From NCBI GenBank assembly GCA_937927875.1, contig CALEYV010000037.1, forward strand, positions 21,221 to 85,220: 64,000 nucleotides of DNA, read 5' to 3'. Numbering within the stretch: the first letter of the stretch is position 1; each line of letters starts with the position of its first letter. This document shows, piece after piece, positions 7,432-23,354 of this stretch. The DNA comes from an uncultured Actinomycetes bacterium (GTDB lineage: Bacteria; Actinomycetota; Acidimicrobiia; IMCC26256; PALSA-555). The notes beneath the pieces were generated by a model, which saw nothing but the letters and a program-made list of their open reading frames with translations, searched no databases and had not been told where the DNA came from. The position numbers were made by a program, and so were the translations under genes.

Positions 7432-9657
7432 TCAGACGCCGGGCTGGAACTCAGCCGTCGACGAGGCGGGCGCGGTGTCGGCGCGCTGGAGTCCCTCGAG
7501 CAGGACCTCGGCGATGTCCTGCACCTTCACGTCATCGTCGCGCTGGGCCTCCTTCACGCCGTCCTCGAGCATCACGTAGCAGAAGGGGCACGCCACCGCG
7601 ATCCGGGACGCGCCCGTCGCGAGCGCCTCCTGGGTCCGCTCGGTGTTCACCTTCTTGCCGACCCGCTCCTCCATCCACATGCGGGCGCCGCCGGCGCCGC
7701 AGCAGAGGCCCCGGGTCCCATTCCGGGGCATCTCAACCACGTCGATGCCGCGCAGCGAGCCAACCACCTTGCGCGGCGCCAGGTAGATGTCGTTGTGGCG
7801 ACCCAGGTAGCAGGAGTCGTGGTAGGTGACCCGCTCGTCGAGGGACGCGCCGTCGAGGGACAGCCGGCCGTCCTCGATCAGCTCCATGAGGAACTGCGCG
7901 TGGTGCACGACCTCGTAGTTGCCGCCCAGCTGGGGATACTCGTTCTTCAGCGTGTTGAAGCAGTGCGGGCACTGGGTGAGGATCTTGCGGACGCCGAGCC
8001 CGTTCAGGGCCTCGATGTTCTGCAGGGCGAGCATCTGGAAGATGTACTCGTTGCCGCTGCGCCGGGCCGGGTCCCCGGTGCACAGCTCGCTCGGGCCGAG
8101 GATGGCGAAGTCGATGCCCGCCCGCCGCAGCAGCTGGGCGACGGCCCGGCTCGTCTTCTTGTTCCGGTCGTCGAAGCTGCCGGCGCAGCCCACCCAGTAC
8201 AGGTACTCGTGGTCGAAGGGGCCCGAGGCGTCGATGACCGGGACCCCCTCGAGGTCGCGGGCCCAGTCGGCCCGGTCGCCCTGGTTGAGCCCGTACACGT
8301 TCGACGAGTTCTCCATCGAGCGGTAGGTGTTGCCGAGCTCGGCCGGGAAGTCGCTCTCCATGAGAGAGAGGTAGCGGCGCATGTCGAGGATCTTGTCGAG
8401 GATCTCGATGTCGACCGGGCAAATCTCGTCGCAGGCCTTGCAGCTGGTGCACGACCAGAGCTCCTCGGCCGTGATCCGCTGGAAGACCGAGTCGGCGGTG
8501 ACGGTGATGTCCCGGTCGACCCCGACCGGCGGGGCGACGGCCGGGTCGCCGGTCGCCGCCATCACCTCGCCGACCTTCAGCACGATCTCGCGGGGGTCGA
8601 GCGGCTTGCCGGTGAGGTGGGCCGGGCAGACCGACGTGCAGCGGCCGCAGATGGTGCAGGCGTCGGTGTCGAAGAGCTGCTTCCAGGTGAAGTCCTCGAC
8701 CGTCGAGGCACCGAAGGTCTCGAGCTCGGTCTCCATGAGGTTCGGCATCGGCCGCATGGCGCCCTTCGGGCGCTCGCGATCGGCGAGGTACATGTTCATG
8801 GGGGACGTGATCATGTGACGGAGCTTCGTGGTGGGCAGGATCACGAGGAAGGCCACGAAGGTGGCGAAGTGCACGACCCACATCGTGCGGTGCAGGTCCG
8901 AGAGCGTCCCGTGTGACCACCCCGACCACAGCGCGGAGAGGCCCCACCCGACGTAGGACCACTCCTCGAAGTGCGGTCGGCCCTCGAGGGCGATCCGGAA
9001 TCCCTCGACGAGGAAGCCGGTCACGCCGAGGAGGAGGAACGTGGTGAGGATCACCGCGTCCTCGGGCTTGGTCTTGATGCGGATCCGGTACGGCCGCTGC
9101 ACGTAGCGGCGCCCGATCGCCCACACCAGCCCGACCACGAAGACGATCCCGAACGTGTTCGCGGTGGCCTTGTAGCCCTGGTACACGTCACCGTGGAGGA
9201 ACTTGAGCGACGGCGGCAGCTGGTGGTCGATCTCGAGGATCACCGTGGCCGCGAACAGGACGAGGAACCCGAAGTAGATGCAGGAGTGCATGACGCCGGC
9301 GGCCGGGTCCCGCAGCAGGGTCCGCATCCAGACGCCGGCGCGGAAGTCGCGGAGCCGGTGGTGCACGTTGGCCCGGGTAGTGCGCCGGTCTTCGGGGCCG
9401 CCCCGGAGGTAGTTGCGCACCCGCAGCGAGACCAGCCACGCGACCACGAAGAGCATCCCGGCGACGGTGGCGTAGAAGAGCCAGTAGATCGGGTCCGGGA
9501 CGTCGAGGAACACGGTCCGGGAGACCCGGGACGTGTCGTGCCACTCGGTGATCCGGGGCGCGACGCCGGAGGCGATCGCCCCCGCGGCGGCCAGGAGGCC
9601 CACCACCAGCACGACCTGGGTCGTGGTGAGGGGGAAGCGGCGCCGCACGGCAGGCAA
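7432..9657 (-). CDS. membrane-anchored (Fe-S)-binding oxidoreductase, HdrD/GlpC/DsrK-like with CCG domains
   Basis: The N-terminal ~260 aa carries about 6 TM helices. It is followed by two ferredoxin-type motifs (CTICGRCTSVCP, CTSCKACDEICP) and cysteine-rich CCG-type segments (VGCAGSFDD, CPHCFNTLK, GLCCGAGG, CPFCYVML). Confidence 0.85.
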   Translation of the reverse strand: MPAVRRRFPLTTTQVVLVVGLLAAAGAIASGVAPRITEWHDTSRVSRTVFLDVPDPIYWLFYATVAGMLFVVAWLVSLRVRNYLRGGPEDRRTTRANVHHRLRDFRAGVWMRTLLRDPAAGVMHSCIYFGFLVLFAATVILEIDHQLPPSLKFLHGDVYQGYKATANTFGIVFVVGLVWAIGRRYVQRPYRIRIKTKPEDAVILTTFLLLGVTGFLVEGFRIALEGRPHFEEWSYVGWGLSALWSGWSHGTLSDLHRTMWVVHFATFVAFLVILPTTKLRHMITSPMNMYLADRERPKGAMRPMPNLMETELETFGASTVEDFTWKQLFDTDACTICGRCTSVCPAHLTGKPLDPREIVLKVGEVMAATGDPAVAPPVGVDRDITVTADSVFQRITAEELWSCTSCKACDEICPVDIEILDKILDMRRYLSLMESDFPAELGNTYRSMENSSNVYGLNQGDRADWARDLEGVPVIDASGPFDHEYLYWVGCAGSFDDRNKKTSRAVAQLLRRAGIDFAILGPSELCTGDPARRSGNEYIFQMLALQNIEALNGLGVRKILTQCPHCFNTLKNEYPQLGGNYEVVHHAQFLMELIEDGRLSLDGASLDERVTYHDSCYLGRHNDIYLAPRKVVGSLRGIDVVEMPRNGTRGLCCGAGGARMWMEERVGKKVNTERTQEALATGASRIAVACPFCYVMLEDGVKEAQRDDDVKVQDIAEVLLEGLQRADTAPASSTAEFQPGV

Positions 9658-9717
9658 CCTACCGCCGGGTGCTGCGGGGGCTCGGCCTGCGACGGCGGGC
9701 GGCGGGGCCCGCGCCGG

Positions 9718-10140
9718 TCACTGGACGGTCTGGGCGTCGAACTCGCGCAGCCGGTGCGCGAGCCCGGTCAGCAGCTTGTGCGCGAAGCCTGGCACCTCGT
9801 CGATCATGGCCGCGAACTCGCGCTGGCCGAGCACCGCGAAGTCCATCTCGGTCTTGGCGGTCACCGTCGCGTTGCGGGGGGAGCGGTCGAGGAGGGCGAG
9901 CTCGCCGAACGATGCGCCGGGGCCGAGGGTGGCGACGCGCCGGCCGTGCCGGGTGACCTCGGCGGTGCCGTCGAGGATCACGAAGAACTCGGCGCCGGCC
10001 GCCCCCTCCCGGACCAGCACCTTGCCGGCCGGCACCTTGACCCGCTCGGCCCGCCGGGCGATGAGCTGGAGCTCCTTCTTGGAGCAGGCGGAGAAGAGGG
10101 GGACTTTGGCCAGGTCCGGGAAGGCGCCTCGACCAGCCAT
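9718..10140 (-). CDS. stand-alone cyclic-nucleotide-binding domain protein
   Basis: A 140-aa [25 protein letters not shown]...[23 protein letters not shown] is the Crp/PKA-type cNMP-binding beta-roll with the FGELAL..R.A(T/S) phosphate-binding cassette. There is no output domain. Confidence 0.8.
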   Translation of the reverse strand: MAGRGAFPDLAKVPLFSACSKKELQLIARRAERVKVPAGKVLVREGAAGAEFFVILDGTAEVTRHGRRVATLGPGASFGELALLDRSPRNATVTAKTEMDFAVLGQREFAAMIDEVPGFAHKLLTGLAHRLREFDAQTVQ

Positions 10141-10210
10141 GGCGGCAATCTACCGATCCTGTCAACGGCCCGCGGGTGGGGAGCCGGCCGGGAATAGGGC
10201 CTCCCGCAGC

Positions 10211-10238
10211 AAAGTTGATACCGTCACACTCAAGCTTT
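10211..10238. promoter_or_regulatory. HAIR-like HspR operator upstream of dnaK
   Basis: AAAGTTGA-taccgtcacac-TCAAGCTTT. The right half contains a perfect ACTCAAG and the core is TTGA-N11-TCAA. It ends 22 nt upstream of the dnaK ATG, and hspR is the last gene of the same operon. Confidence 0.5.
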
Positions 10239-10259
10239 TCGACACGGAGGCCATTCCCC

Positions 10260-12121
<1,862 letters not shown>

Positions 12122-12125
<4 letters not shown>

Positions 12126-12646
12126 TGCCCGAGTCCGAGCCGGTCGACCGGGAGGTCGCCGCCGACGAGCCGTCCGCGGAGGCGGCCGAGGCTGACCTGC
12201 ACGCCGATCTCGCCGCGATCGCCAAGGAGCGCGACGAGATGCGGCTGCTCGCGCAGCGGGTGCAGGCCGACTTCGAGAACTACCGGAAGCGGATGCTCCG
12301 GGAGCAGACCGAGGCCATCGCTCACGCCAGCGAGTCGATGGTCGAGCAGCTCCTGCCGGTGCTGGACAGCCTCGAGCTGGCGCTCGGCCAGCTCGGGGAC
12401 GCCGACGAGCAGGTCCGCAAGGGCCTGGAGCTCGTGTACGGCGAGCTGCTCGGGGTGCTGGAGAAGGCCGGGCTCGAGCGCATCGACGCCATCGGCGTCC
12501 CGTTCGACCCGACCGTGCACGAGGCGGTCCTGCAGGAGGGCGAGGCGGAGGGGGAGCCGGTCGTCGTCGACATCGTGCGGACGGGCTACCGCCTCAAGGG
12601 ACGGGTGCTGCGTCCAGCCATGGTGAAGGTCGCGCGCAAGGACTGA
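12122..12646 (+). CDS. grpE: nucleotide exchange factor GrpE
   Basis: The start overlaps the dnaK stop (GTGATG). [12 protein letters not shown] and the C-terminal [14 protein letters not shown] match GrpE. An alternative ATG lies at 12125. Confidence 0.93.
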
Positions 12647-12653
12647 AGAAGAG

Positions 12654-13805
12654 ATGGCACCGCAGCGGGAGTGGTTCGAGAAGGACTACTACGCGGTCCT
12701 CGGCGTCGAGCCCGGCGCGAGCGACCGCGAGATCCAGCGCGCGTATCGGCGCCTGGCCAAGGCCAACCACCCCGATGCCAACGCCGGCGACGCCGAGGCG
12801 GAGGAGCGCTTCAAGGAGGTCTCGGCCGCCCACGACGTGCTCGGCGACCCCGAGAAGCGCAAGGAGTACGACCAGGTCCGCGAGATGGTCGCGTCGGGAA
12901 TCGGGCCCAGCGGCCCGGGCGGGTTCGGCGGGTTCGGGCCCGGCTTCGAGGGCGCGACCTTCCAGTTTGACGACGGCGGCGGGCTCGGCGACCTGCTCGG
13001 CAACCTGTTCGGCACCGCCCGCGGCGGCGGGCGGCGCCGCGGCCGCGCCGCCACCGGCCCGATCCGCGGCGTTGACCTCGAGACCGAGCTGCACCTCGAC
13101 TTCATCGACGCCGTCCACGGCGTCACGACCAGCGTCGGCGTCACCTCCGACGCGACGTGCTCGCGCTGCGGCGGCAACGGCGCCGAGCCCGGCACGTTCC
13201 CGCAACGCTGCCCGACCTGTGACGGGACGGGCGCGGTCGCGGTCGACCAAGGCCCGTTCTCGTTCTCGCAGGTCTGCCCGACGTGCGGGGGGCGGGGCGA
13301 GACCATCGAGCACCGCTGCAAGAAATGCCGCGGCACCGGGGTGGAGCGGCGTCGCCGCGACGTCAAGGTCCGGATCCCTGCCGGGGTCGCCGACGGCCAG
13401 CGAATCCGGGTCAAGGGCCGGGGCGCGGCGGGTCGAAACGGCGGGCCGCCGGGCGACCTCTACGTCGTCGTGCGCGTCGGGTCGCACCCGATCTTCGGCC
13501 GCCAGGCCAAGAAGAACCTGACCGTCCGGGTGCCGGTGACGTTCAGCGAGGCCGCGCTCGGCGCCCAGGTCAAGGTCCCGACCCTCGACGGGCCGGTCAC
13601 GGTGAAGGTGCCGCCCGGCACCCAGAGCGGCAAGACGGTGCGGGTCCGGGGCCGGGGCGTGCAGCCGGCCAAGGGCGAGCCGGGTGACCTGCTGGTGACC
13701 TTCGACGTGGTGGTGCCGACCGAGCTCAGCGACGAGCAGCGGGCGGCGGTCACCGCACTCGGCGAGCAGCTGCCGCAGAATCCACGCGAGAGCCTCGGCG
13801 TCTAG
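12654..13805 (+). CDS. dnaJ: molecular chaperone DnaJ
   Basis: J-domain DYYAVLGV..REIQRAYRRLAKANHPD, a G/F-rich linker, and four CxxCxGxG zinc-finger repeats (CSRCGGNG, CPTCDGTG, CPTCGGRG, CKKCRGTG). Confidence 0.95.
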   Translation: MAPQREWFEKDYYAVLGVEPGASDREIQRAYRRLAKANHPDANAGDAEAEERFKEVSAAHDVLGDPEKRKEYDQVREMVASGIGPSGPGGFGGFGPGFEGATFQFDDGGGLGDLLGNLFGTARGGGRRRGRAATGPIRGVDLETELHLDFIDAVHGVTTSVGVTSDATCSRCGGNGAEPGTFPQRCPTCDGTGAVAVDQGPFSFSQVCPTCGGRGETIEHRCKKCRGTGVERRRRDVKVRIPAGVADGQRIRVKGRGAAGRNGGPPGDLYVVVRVGSHPIFGRQAKKNLTVRVPVTFSEAALGAQVKVPTLDGPVTVKVPPGTQSGKTVRVRGRGVQPAKGEPGDLLVTFDVVVPTELSDEQRAAVTALGEQLPQNPRESLGV

Positions 13806-13813
13806 GAGGAGCC

Positions 13814-14200
13814 ATGGACGAGCGAGACCGGGCGCTGTACATCATTTCGGTCGCCGCCGAGCTGGCCGGCGTGCACGCGCAGACGCTGCGGATCTACGAG
13901 CGCAAGGGCCTCATCGAGCCGTCGCGGACCGAGGGCGGCAGTCGTCGCTACTCCGACCGCGACATCGCGCTGCTACGCCGCATCCAGGACCTCACCAACG
14001 AGGGCGTCAGCCTCGCCGGCGTGCGCAAGGTTCTCGACCTCGAGGACGAGCTGGCCGACCTGCGGCGCCACATCGCCGACCTCGAGGACGAGCTCGAGGA
14101 TCAGCGGCGGGAGCTGAAGGCCCGGATCGACGCCGTCCACCGCCAGTACCGGCGGGCGCTGGTGCCGGTGAAGCAGGCCGTCGTCCCGTTCCGCCGGTAG
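13814..14200 (+). CDS. hspR: MerR-family heat-shock repressor HspR
   Basis: YIISVAAELAGVHAQTLRIYERKGLIEPSRTEGGSRRYSDRDI is a MerR-type HTH. The gene is last in the dnaK operon, the position of actinobacterial hspR. Confidence 0.9.
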   Translation: MDERDRALYIISVAAELAGVHAQTLRIYERKGLIEPSRTEGGSRRYSDRDIALLRRIQDLTNEGVSLAGVRKVLDLEDELADLRRHIADLEDELEDQRRELKARIDAVHRQYRRALVPVKQAVVPFRR

Positions 14201-14209
14201 CGGCGGCGA

Positions 14210-15109
14210 CTACCGGATCGAGGCCAGGAGGTCGTGCAGCGCCGCGGTGCTGGGCGCGTACTGCGGGTCCGGTGTCGTCACCGTGACGGTGAGCGGCCGC
14301 TGATCGGCGGTCCGGCCCGCGACTTCGATGATCGTGAGGGGGGACGACGAGACGGTGAACGAGGCCCGGCGGGCGAGGCCGCCCGCGAGGGTGGTGTCGG
14401 CGCCGTCGGCGAGGAGGAGCCCCGGGTACTGCACCCGCAGCTCGTCGGTCGCGGCCTGCTCGAACTCGGTCAGGCTCGGGAGGGGCCCCCGGTCGGCGCC
14501 GGTCGCGATCGAGACGGTCGCGAGGTGGTCGTCGGCGACGCGGGCCGGCCCGGCGAGGAGCTGCACGCCCTGGCCCCGGTTGGCGCGGGCGACCCGCCAC
14601 GACCGCGGGTGGAGCAGGGAGAAGCCGGCCGCGCGGTCGCGGTACGCGACGACGTCGGCGAGGACCGGGCGCGACGGGCTCGGCGTGAGGAGCGCGGCGC
14701 TGGCGACGCCGGGGACGATGAGCAGCAGCGCGGCCGCCAGCACGACGAGGTTCCGGCGCCGGCGTCGGGCGCGCTGCGCCGGCTCGGCCCGCCCGCCCGG
14801 CAGGAGCGCCAGCGCGGGGGCGGGGGCGGGGAGAGCCGGCACCGGCGACGTCCCGATCTGGGCGAGGGGTCGGAAGGTCAGCGGCGGCGCGGTCGCGATC
14901 CGCAGGATCGGCGTGCCCCACTGGATGGGGGGCAGCTGCTCGCCCAGCTCCGGGCACCAGGCGATGGTGGGCGTCGAGACCGGCGACTCGACCACCGAGG
15001 CCGTCCAGTGGTCCCCTGCCCACCAGCGCAGGCGATGGCCGTCCGAGAGCGGGTCCGGATGCCAGGCGGCTGCGGTGACGCTGGTTTCGGGTCCGTCCAT
15101 CGAGGCCAT
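14210..15109 (-). CDS. DUF2510-type membrane-anchored protein
   Basis: N-terminal WHPDPLSDGHRLRWWAGDHWT motif, one TM helix (LVVLAAALLLIVPGVASAALL), and a C-terminal extracytoplasmic domain of about 160 aa. Confidence 0.6.
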   Translation of the reverse strand: MASMDGPETSVTAAAWHPDPLSDGHRLRWWAGDHWTASVVESPVSTPTIAWCPELGEQLPPIQWGTPILRIATAPPLTFRPLAQIGTSPVPALPAPAPALALLPGGRAEPAQRARRRRRNLVVLAAALLLIVPGVASAALLTPSPSRPVLADVVAYRDRAAGFSLLHPRSWRVARANRGQGVQLLAGPARVADDHLATVSIATGADRGPLPSLTEFEQAATDELRVQYPGLLLADGADTTLAGGLARRASFTVSSSPLTIIEVAGRTADQRPLTVTVTTPDPQYAPSTAALHDLLASIR

Positions 15110-15165
15110 GCTTGGGGGCGGGATCCCAATCGTCGCACAGGGCGAGCCGAAATTGCCGGAATGCG

Positions 15166-15192
15166 AAAGTTGATGGTGGGGTTGTCAACTTT
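15166..15192. promoter_or_regulatory. HAIR-like HspR operator upstream of clpB
   Basis: A perfect 8-bp inverted repeat, AAAGTTGA-tggtggggttg-TCAACTTT. It has the same arms and the same 11-nt spacer as the dnaK site, and ends 28 nt upstream of the clpB ATG. Confidence 0.55.
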
Positions 15193-15219
15193 GATATGCG
15201 AGCGGGAGAGCGGTGAGCC

Positions 15220-17793
<2,574 letters not shown>

Positions 17794-17810
17794 CCGCCGC
17801 TACGACGCCC

Positions 17811-17827
17811 GCCGCGCAATCCGCGGC
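17811..17827 (+). terminator. stem-loop after clpB (possible U-tract-less terminator)
   Basis: GCCGCG-caatc-CGCGGC begins 18 nt after the clpB stop. It has only a 6-bp stem and no T-tract. Confidence 0.25.
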
Positions 17828-17873
17828 TCGGACGGTCCGACCCCGACTACGATGCCGTCAACGTGACTGCTGA

Positions 17874-20482
<2,609 letters not shown>

Positions 20483-20490
20483 CGGCGGCG

Positions 20491-20808
20491 CTAGAAGAGG
20501 CCGGGCGGGCGGCGCTGGGCGCGGTTCATGTTCATCGGGGTGCTGCGAGCGCCGCGGCTGCGCACGCCGCCGGCGATCATGGCGCACTCGATGCACCGGA
20601 TCGGCTGGCGCTTGCGCACCGGCGGGACGAGGCATTCGGCGCACCATTCCTCGCCGCAGTCCTCGCAGCGTCCGGCGGCGCGCTCGGTCCAGTGCTTCGC
20701 GCACGTGCCGGCCGACGCCGGTTGCTGCTTGGCGTTCACGGGCGCCCCTCCCGGTGCCTCGGCGCTCGCTCCGGTGCCGCCGGTGCCGAGGAACCTCGGA
20801 CGCGGCAC
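20491..20808 (-). CDS. small cysteine-rich (zinc-ribbon/B-box-like) protein, unknown function
   Basis: Seven Cys arranged C-x12-CxxC-x4-CxxC-x14-CxxC (CAKHW..CEDCGEEWCAEC..CIEC), with a basic C-terminus. The start is uncertain; an alternative GTG at 20739 gives 82 aa. Confidence 0.45.
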   Translation of the reverse strand: MPRPRFLGTGGTGASAEAPGGAPVNAKQQPASAGTCAKHWTERAAGRCEDCGEEWCAECLVPPVRKRQPIRCIECAMIAGGVRSRGARSTPMNMNRAQRRPPGLF

Positions 20809-20843
20809 CGGCTCCTAGGGTGTCGACCAGGAGGAGGCCGGCC

Positions 20844-22151
20844 TTGATCCCCCGTTACGCGCTCGAGCCGATGGCCCGTCTCTTCGCGGACGAGGAGCGG
20901 TACGCCACCTGGCTGGAGGTCGAGGTCCTCGCCGTCGAGGCGCTGGCGAAGCTGGGCGTGGTGCCGGCGGAGGACGCGGCGGTCGTACGCGACCGCGCCG
21001 GCTTCGACGTCGCCGCCATCGAGGCGCGCGAGCGCGTCACCGACCACGACACCGCCGCCTTCGTCGACGTCGTCCAGGAGCGCGTCGGCGCGCTGGCGGC
21101 GCGGTGGATCCACCACGGGCTGACGTCGAGCGACGTCGTCGACACCGCCCTCGCGGTCACGCTGGTGCGCGCCAGCAGCGTGCTGCTGGAAGCGGTGGAC
21201 GCGCTCGAGACGGTCGTCGCCGAGCGGGCCCGCGAGTTTCGCGACACACCGATCGTGGGCCGCACCCACGGCATCCACGCCGAGCCGACCACCTTCGGCG
21301 CCAAGCTCGCGCTCTGGGCGCTGGCGCTGCGGCGGGACCTCCGGCGCCTGACGCGCGCCCGCGAGGGCGTCGCGGTCGGCAAGCTGTCGGGGCCGGTCGG
21401 CAGTTACTCGCACCTCGACCCCGAGGTCGAGGCATACGTCTGCGAGCACCTCGGGCTGCGCCCGGCGCCGGCGACCCAGGTCCTCGGCCGCGACCGGCAC
21501 GCCGAGCTCCTCTACGCCTGCGCGTCGCTCGGCGCCACGGTCGAGTCGTGCGCGCTGCAGATCCGGCTGCTGCAGCAGACCGAGATCGGCGAGGTTGCCG
21601 AGCCGTTCCGCGCCGGCGCGCAGAAGGGCTCGAGCGCGATGCCGCACAAGCGCAACCCGGTGAAGACCGAGCAGCTGTGCGGGCTGGCCCGGGTGCTGCG
21701 CGCCAACGTCGTGGCCGGGCTGGAGGACGTGGCGCTCTGGCACGAGCGCGACATCTCGCAGTCGTCGGTGGAGCGCATCGTGCTCCCCGATTCGCTCGAG
21801 CTCGCCTACTACGTCACGGTGCGGCTCCGCGAGATCGTCGAGGGCCTCGACGTCTACCCCGACCGCATGCGCGAGAACCTCGAGTCGACGCGCGGCCTCG
21901 TGTTCAGCCACGGGGTGCTGCTGGCGCTGGTCGAGGCCGGGTGGACCCGCGACGACGCCTACCGCGCCGTCCAGGCCGCGGCCGCCCGGTCGGTCGAAGA
22001 GGCGCGGCCGCTGCTCGACGTGCTGCGCGCCGACCCGGCCGTCGTCGCTGCGCTCGGCGAGGCCAAGCTCACCGCGTCCTTCGACCTCGGCGCCGTGCTC
22101 GAGCACGCCGGGCGCGCCGTCGACGCCCTCGACGCGCCCGACCAGCCGTGA
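20844..22151 (+). CDS. purB: adenylosuccinate lyase
   Basis: The likely start is TTG 20844, preceded by GAGGAGG at 20831-20837; this gives M/LIPRYALEPM, typical of PurB. The fumarate-lyase signature GSSAMPHKRNP is present. Confidence 0.92.
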   Translation: MIPRYALEPMARLFADEERYATWLEVEVLAVEALAKLGVVPAEDAAVVRDRAGFDVAAIEARERVTDHDTAAFVDVVQERVGALAARWIHHGLTSSDVVDTALAVTLVRASSVLLEAVDALETVVAERAREFRDTPIVGRTHGIHAEPTTFGAKLALWALALRRDLRRLTRAREGVAVGKLSGPVGSYSHLDPEVEAYVCEHLGLRPAPATQVLGRDRHAELLYACASLGATVESCALQIRLLQQTEIGEVAEPFRAGAQKGSSAMPHKRNPVKTEQLCGLARVLRANVVAGLEDVALWHERDISQSSVERIVLPDSLELAYYVTVRLREIVEGLDVYPDRMRENLESTRGLVFSHGVLLALVEAGWTRDDAYRAVQAAAARSVEEARPLLDVLRADPAVVAALGEAKLTASFDLGAVLEHAGRAVDALDAPDQP

Positions 22152-23038
22152 CCGGCGTCGCGCTCCCGCACCGGTACACGGGCAAGGTCCGCGACCTCTA
22201 CGAGGTCGGGCCCGACCGGATGCTGATGGTCGCCTCGAACCGGATCTCGGTATTCGACGTCGTCCTCTCCGACGAGATCCCGGACAAGGGCCGGGCCCTC
22301 ACCGCGCTCTCCACCTTCTGGTTCGAGCGGACGGCGGCGCTGGCGCCCAACCACTTCCTCACCGCCGACCCCGGTCAATTCCCGGCCGGCGTCGGATCCG
22401 AGACCCGGGGGCGGGCGATGATGGTGCGGGCCGCCGACCCCATCCGGCTCGAGTGCATCGCCCGCGGCTACCTGTTCGGCTCCGCGTGGCAGGAGTACGC
22501 CGCCGCCGGCACGGTGTGCGGCCGGCGGCTCCGCGCCGGGCTGCGCCAGGCCGAGCGGCTCGACAAGCCGATCTTCACGACCACCACGAAGGTCGAGCCG
22601 GGCGCCGGCCACGACGAGACGCTCACCGACGCCGACGCGGCGGCGCTCGTCGGCGACTCGGTCTTCGAGCGCTGCCGCGACGCCGCCCTCGGCATCTACC
22701 GGTTGGCGGCCGCGCACGCTGAGGATCGGGGGATGCTCCTGGCCGACACGAAGCTCGAGTTCGGGCGGGTCGACGACACGGTCGTCGTCATCGACGAGCT
22801 CCTCACCCCCGACTCGTCCCGGTACTGGGACGCCGACCGCTACGCGGTCGGCACCTCTCCACCCTCGTTCGACAAGCAGTTCGTCCGTGATCACTACGCC
22901 GCGGCGGGCTGGGACCACCGGCCGCCCGCGCCGCCGCTCCCGGCCTCGGTGATCGACGGGACCCGCTCCCGCTACATCGAGGCGTACGAGCGCCTCACCG
23001 GGCTGCGCTTCGGCGACTGGTACGCGCCCGGGCCGTGA
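22148..23038 (+). CDS. purC: phosphoribosylaminoimidazole-succinocarboxamide synthase
   Basis: GTG 22148 overlaps the purB stop (GTGA). GKVRDLYEVGPDRMLMVASNRISVFD is a SAICAR synthase motif. Confidence 0.93.
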   Translation: MTGVALPHRYTGKVRDLYEVGPDRMLMVASNRISVFDVVLSDEIPDKGRALTALSTFWFERTAALAPNHFLTADPGQFPAGVGSETRGRAMMVRAADPIRLECIARGYLFGSAWQEYAAAGTVCGRRLRAGLRQAERLDKPIFTTTTKVEPGAGHDETLTDADAAALVGDSVFERCRDAALGIYRLAAAHAEDRGMLLADTKLEFGRVDDTVVVIDELLTPDSSRYWDADRYAVGTSPPSFDKQFVRDHYAAAGWDHRPPAPPLPASVIDGTRSRYIEAYERLTGLRFGDWYAPGP

Positions 23039-23088
23039 ACGCAGCCCGGTCCGAGGGTGGCGACGAGGGCGACCGGTACCATCGGCGG

Positions 23089-23352
23089 GTGCGCTACGAG
23101 GCTCGGATCGAGGTCACGCACCTCCCGGGCGTGCTCGACCCCCAGGGCGCGACGGTCGAGCGGGCGCTCCCCGCGCTTGGGTACTCCGGCGTGACCGACG
23201 TCCGGATCGGCAAGTGCATCCGCCTCGTCGTCGAGGCGCCCGACCGGGAGGCGGCCCGCAGCCAGGTCGAGTCGATGTGCGAGCGCCTGCTCGCGAACCC
23301 GGTCATCGAGGCCTACGACCTCGAGCTCACCGAGCTCGTCCCCACCGGGTAG
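23089..23352 (+). CDS. purS: phosphoribosylformylglycinamidine synthase subunit PurS
   Basis: VRYEARIEVTHLPGVLDPQGATVERAL matches the PurS pattern, giving 87 aa. An alternative longer start, GTG 23035, overlaps the purC stop. Confidence 0.85.
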   Translation: MRYEARIEVTHLPGVLDPQGATVERALPALGYSGVTDVRIGKCIRLVVEAPDREAARSQVESMCERLLANPVIEAYDLELTELVPTG

Positions 23353-23354
23353 CG

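Noticed and set aside
23035-23088. A longer purS start at GTG 23035, overlapping the purC stop.
   Set aside because: It would add 18 non-conserved residues (MNAARSEGGDEGDRYHRR) to a family that normally starts a few residues before the V.V.V strand. It is kept as an alternative only.
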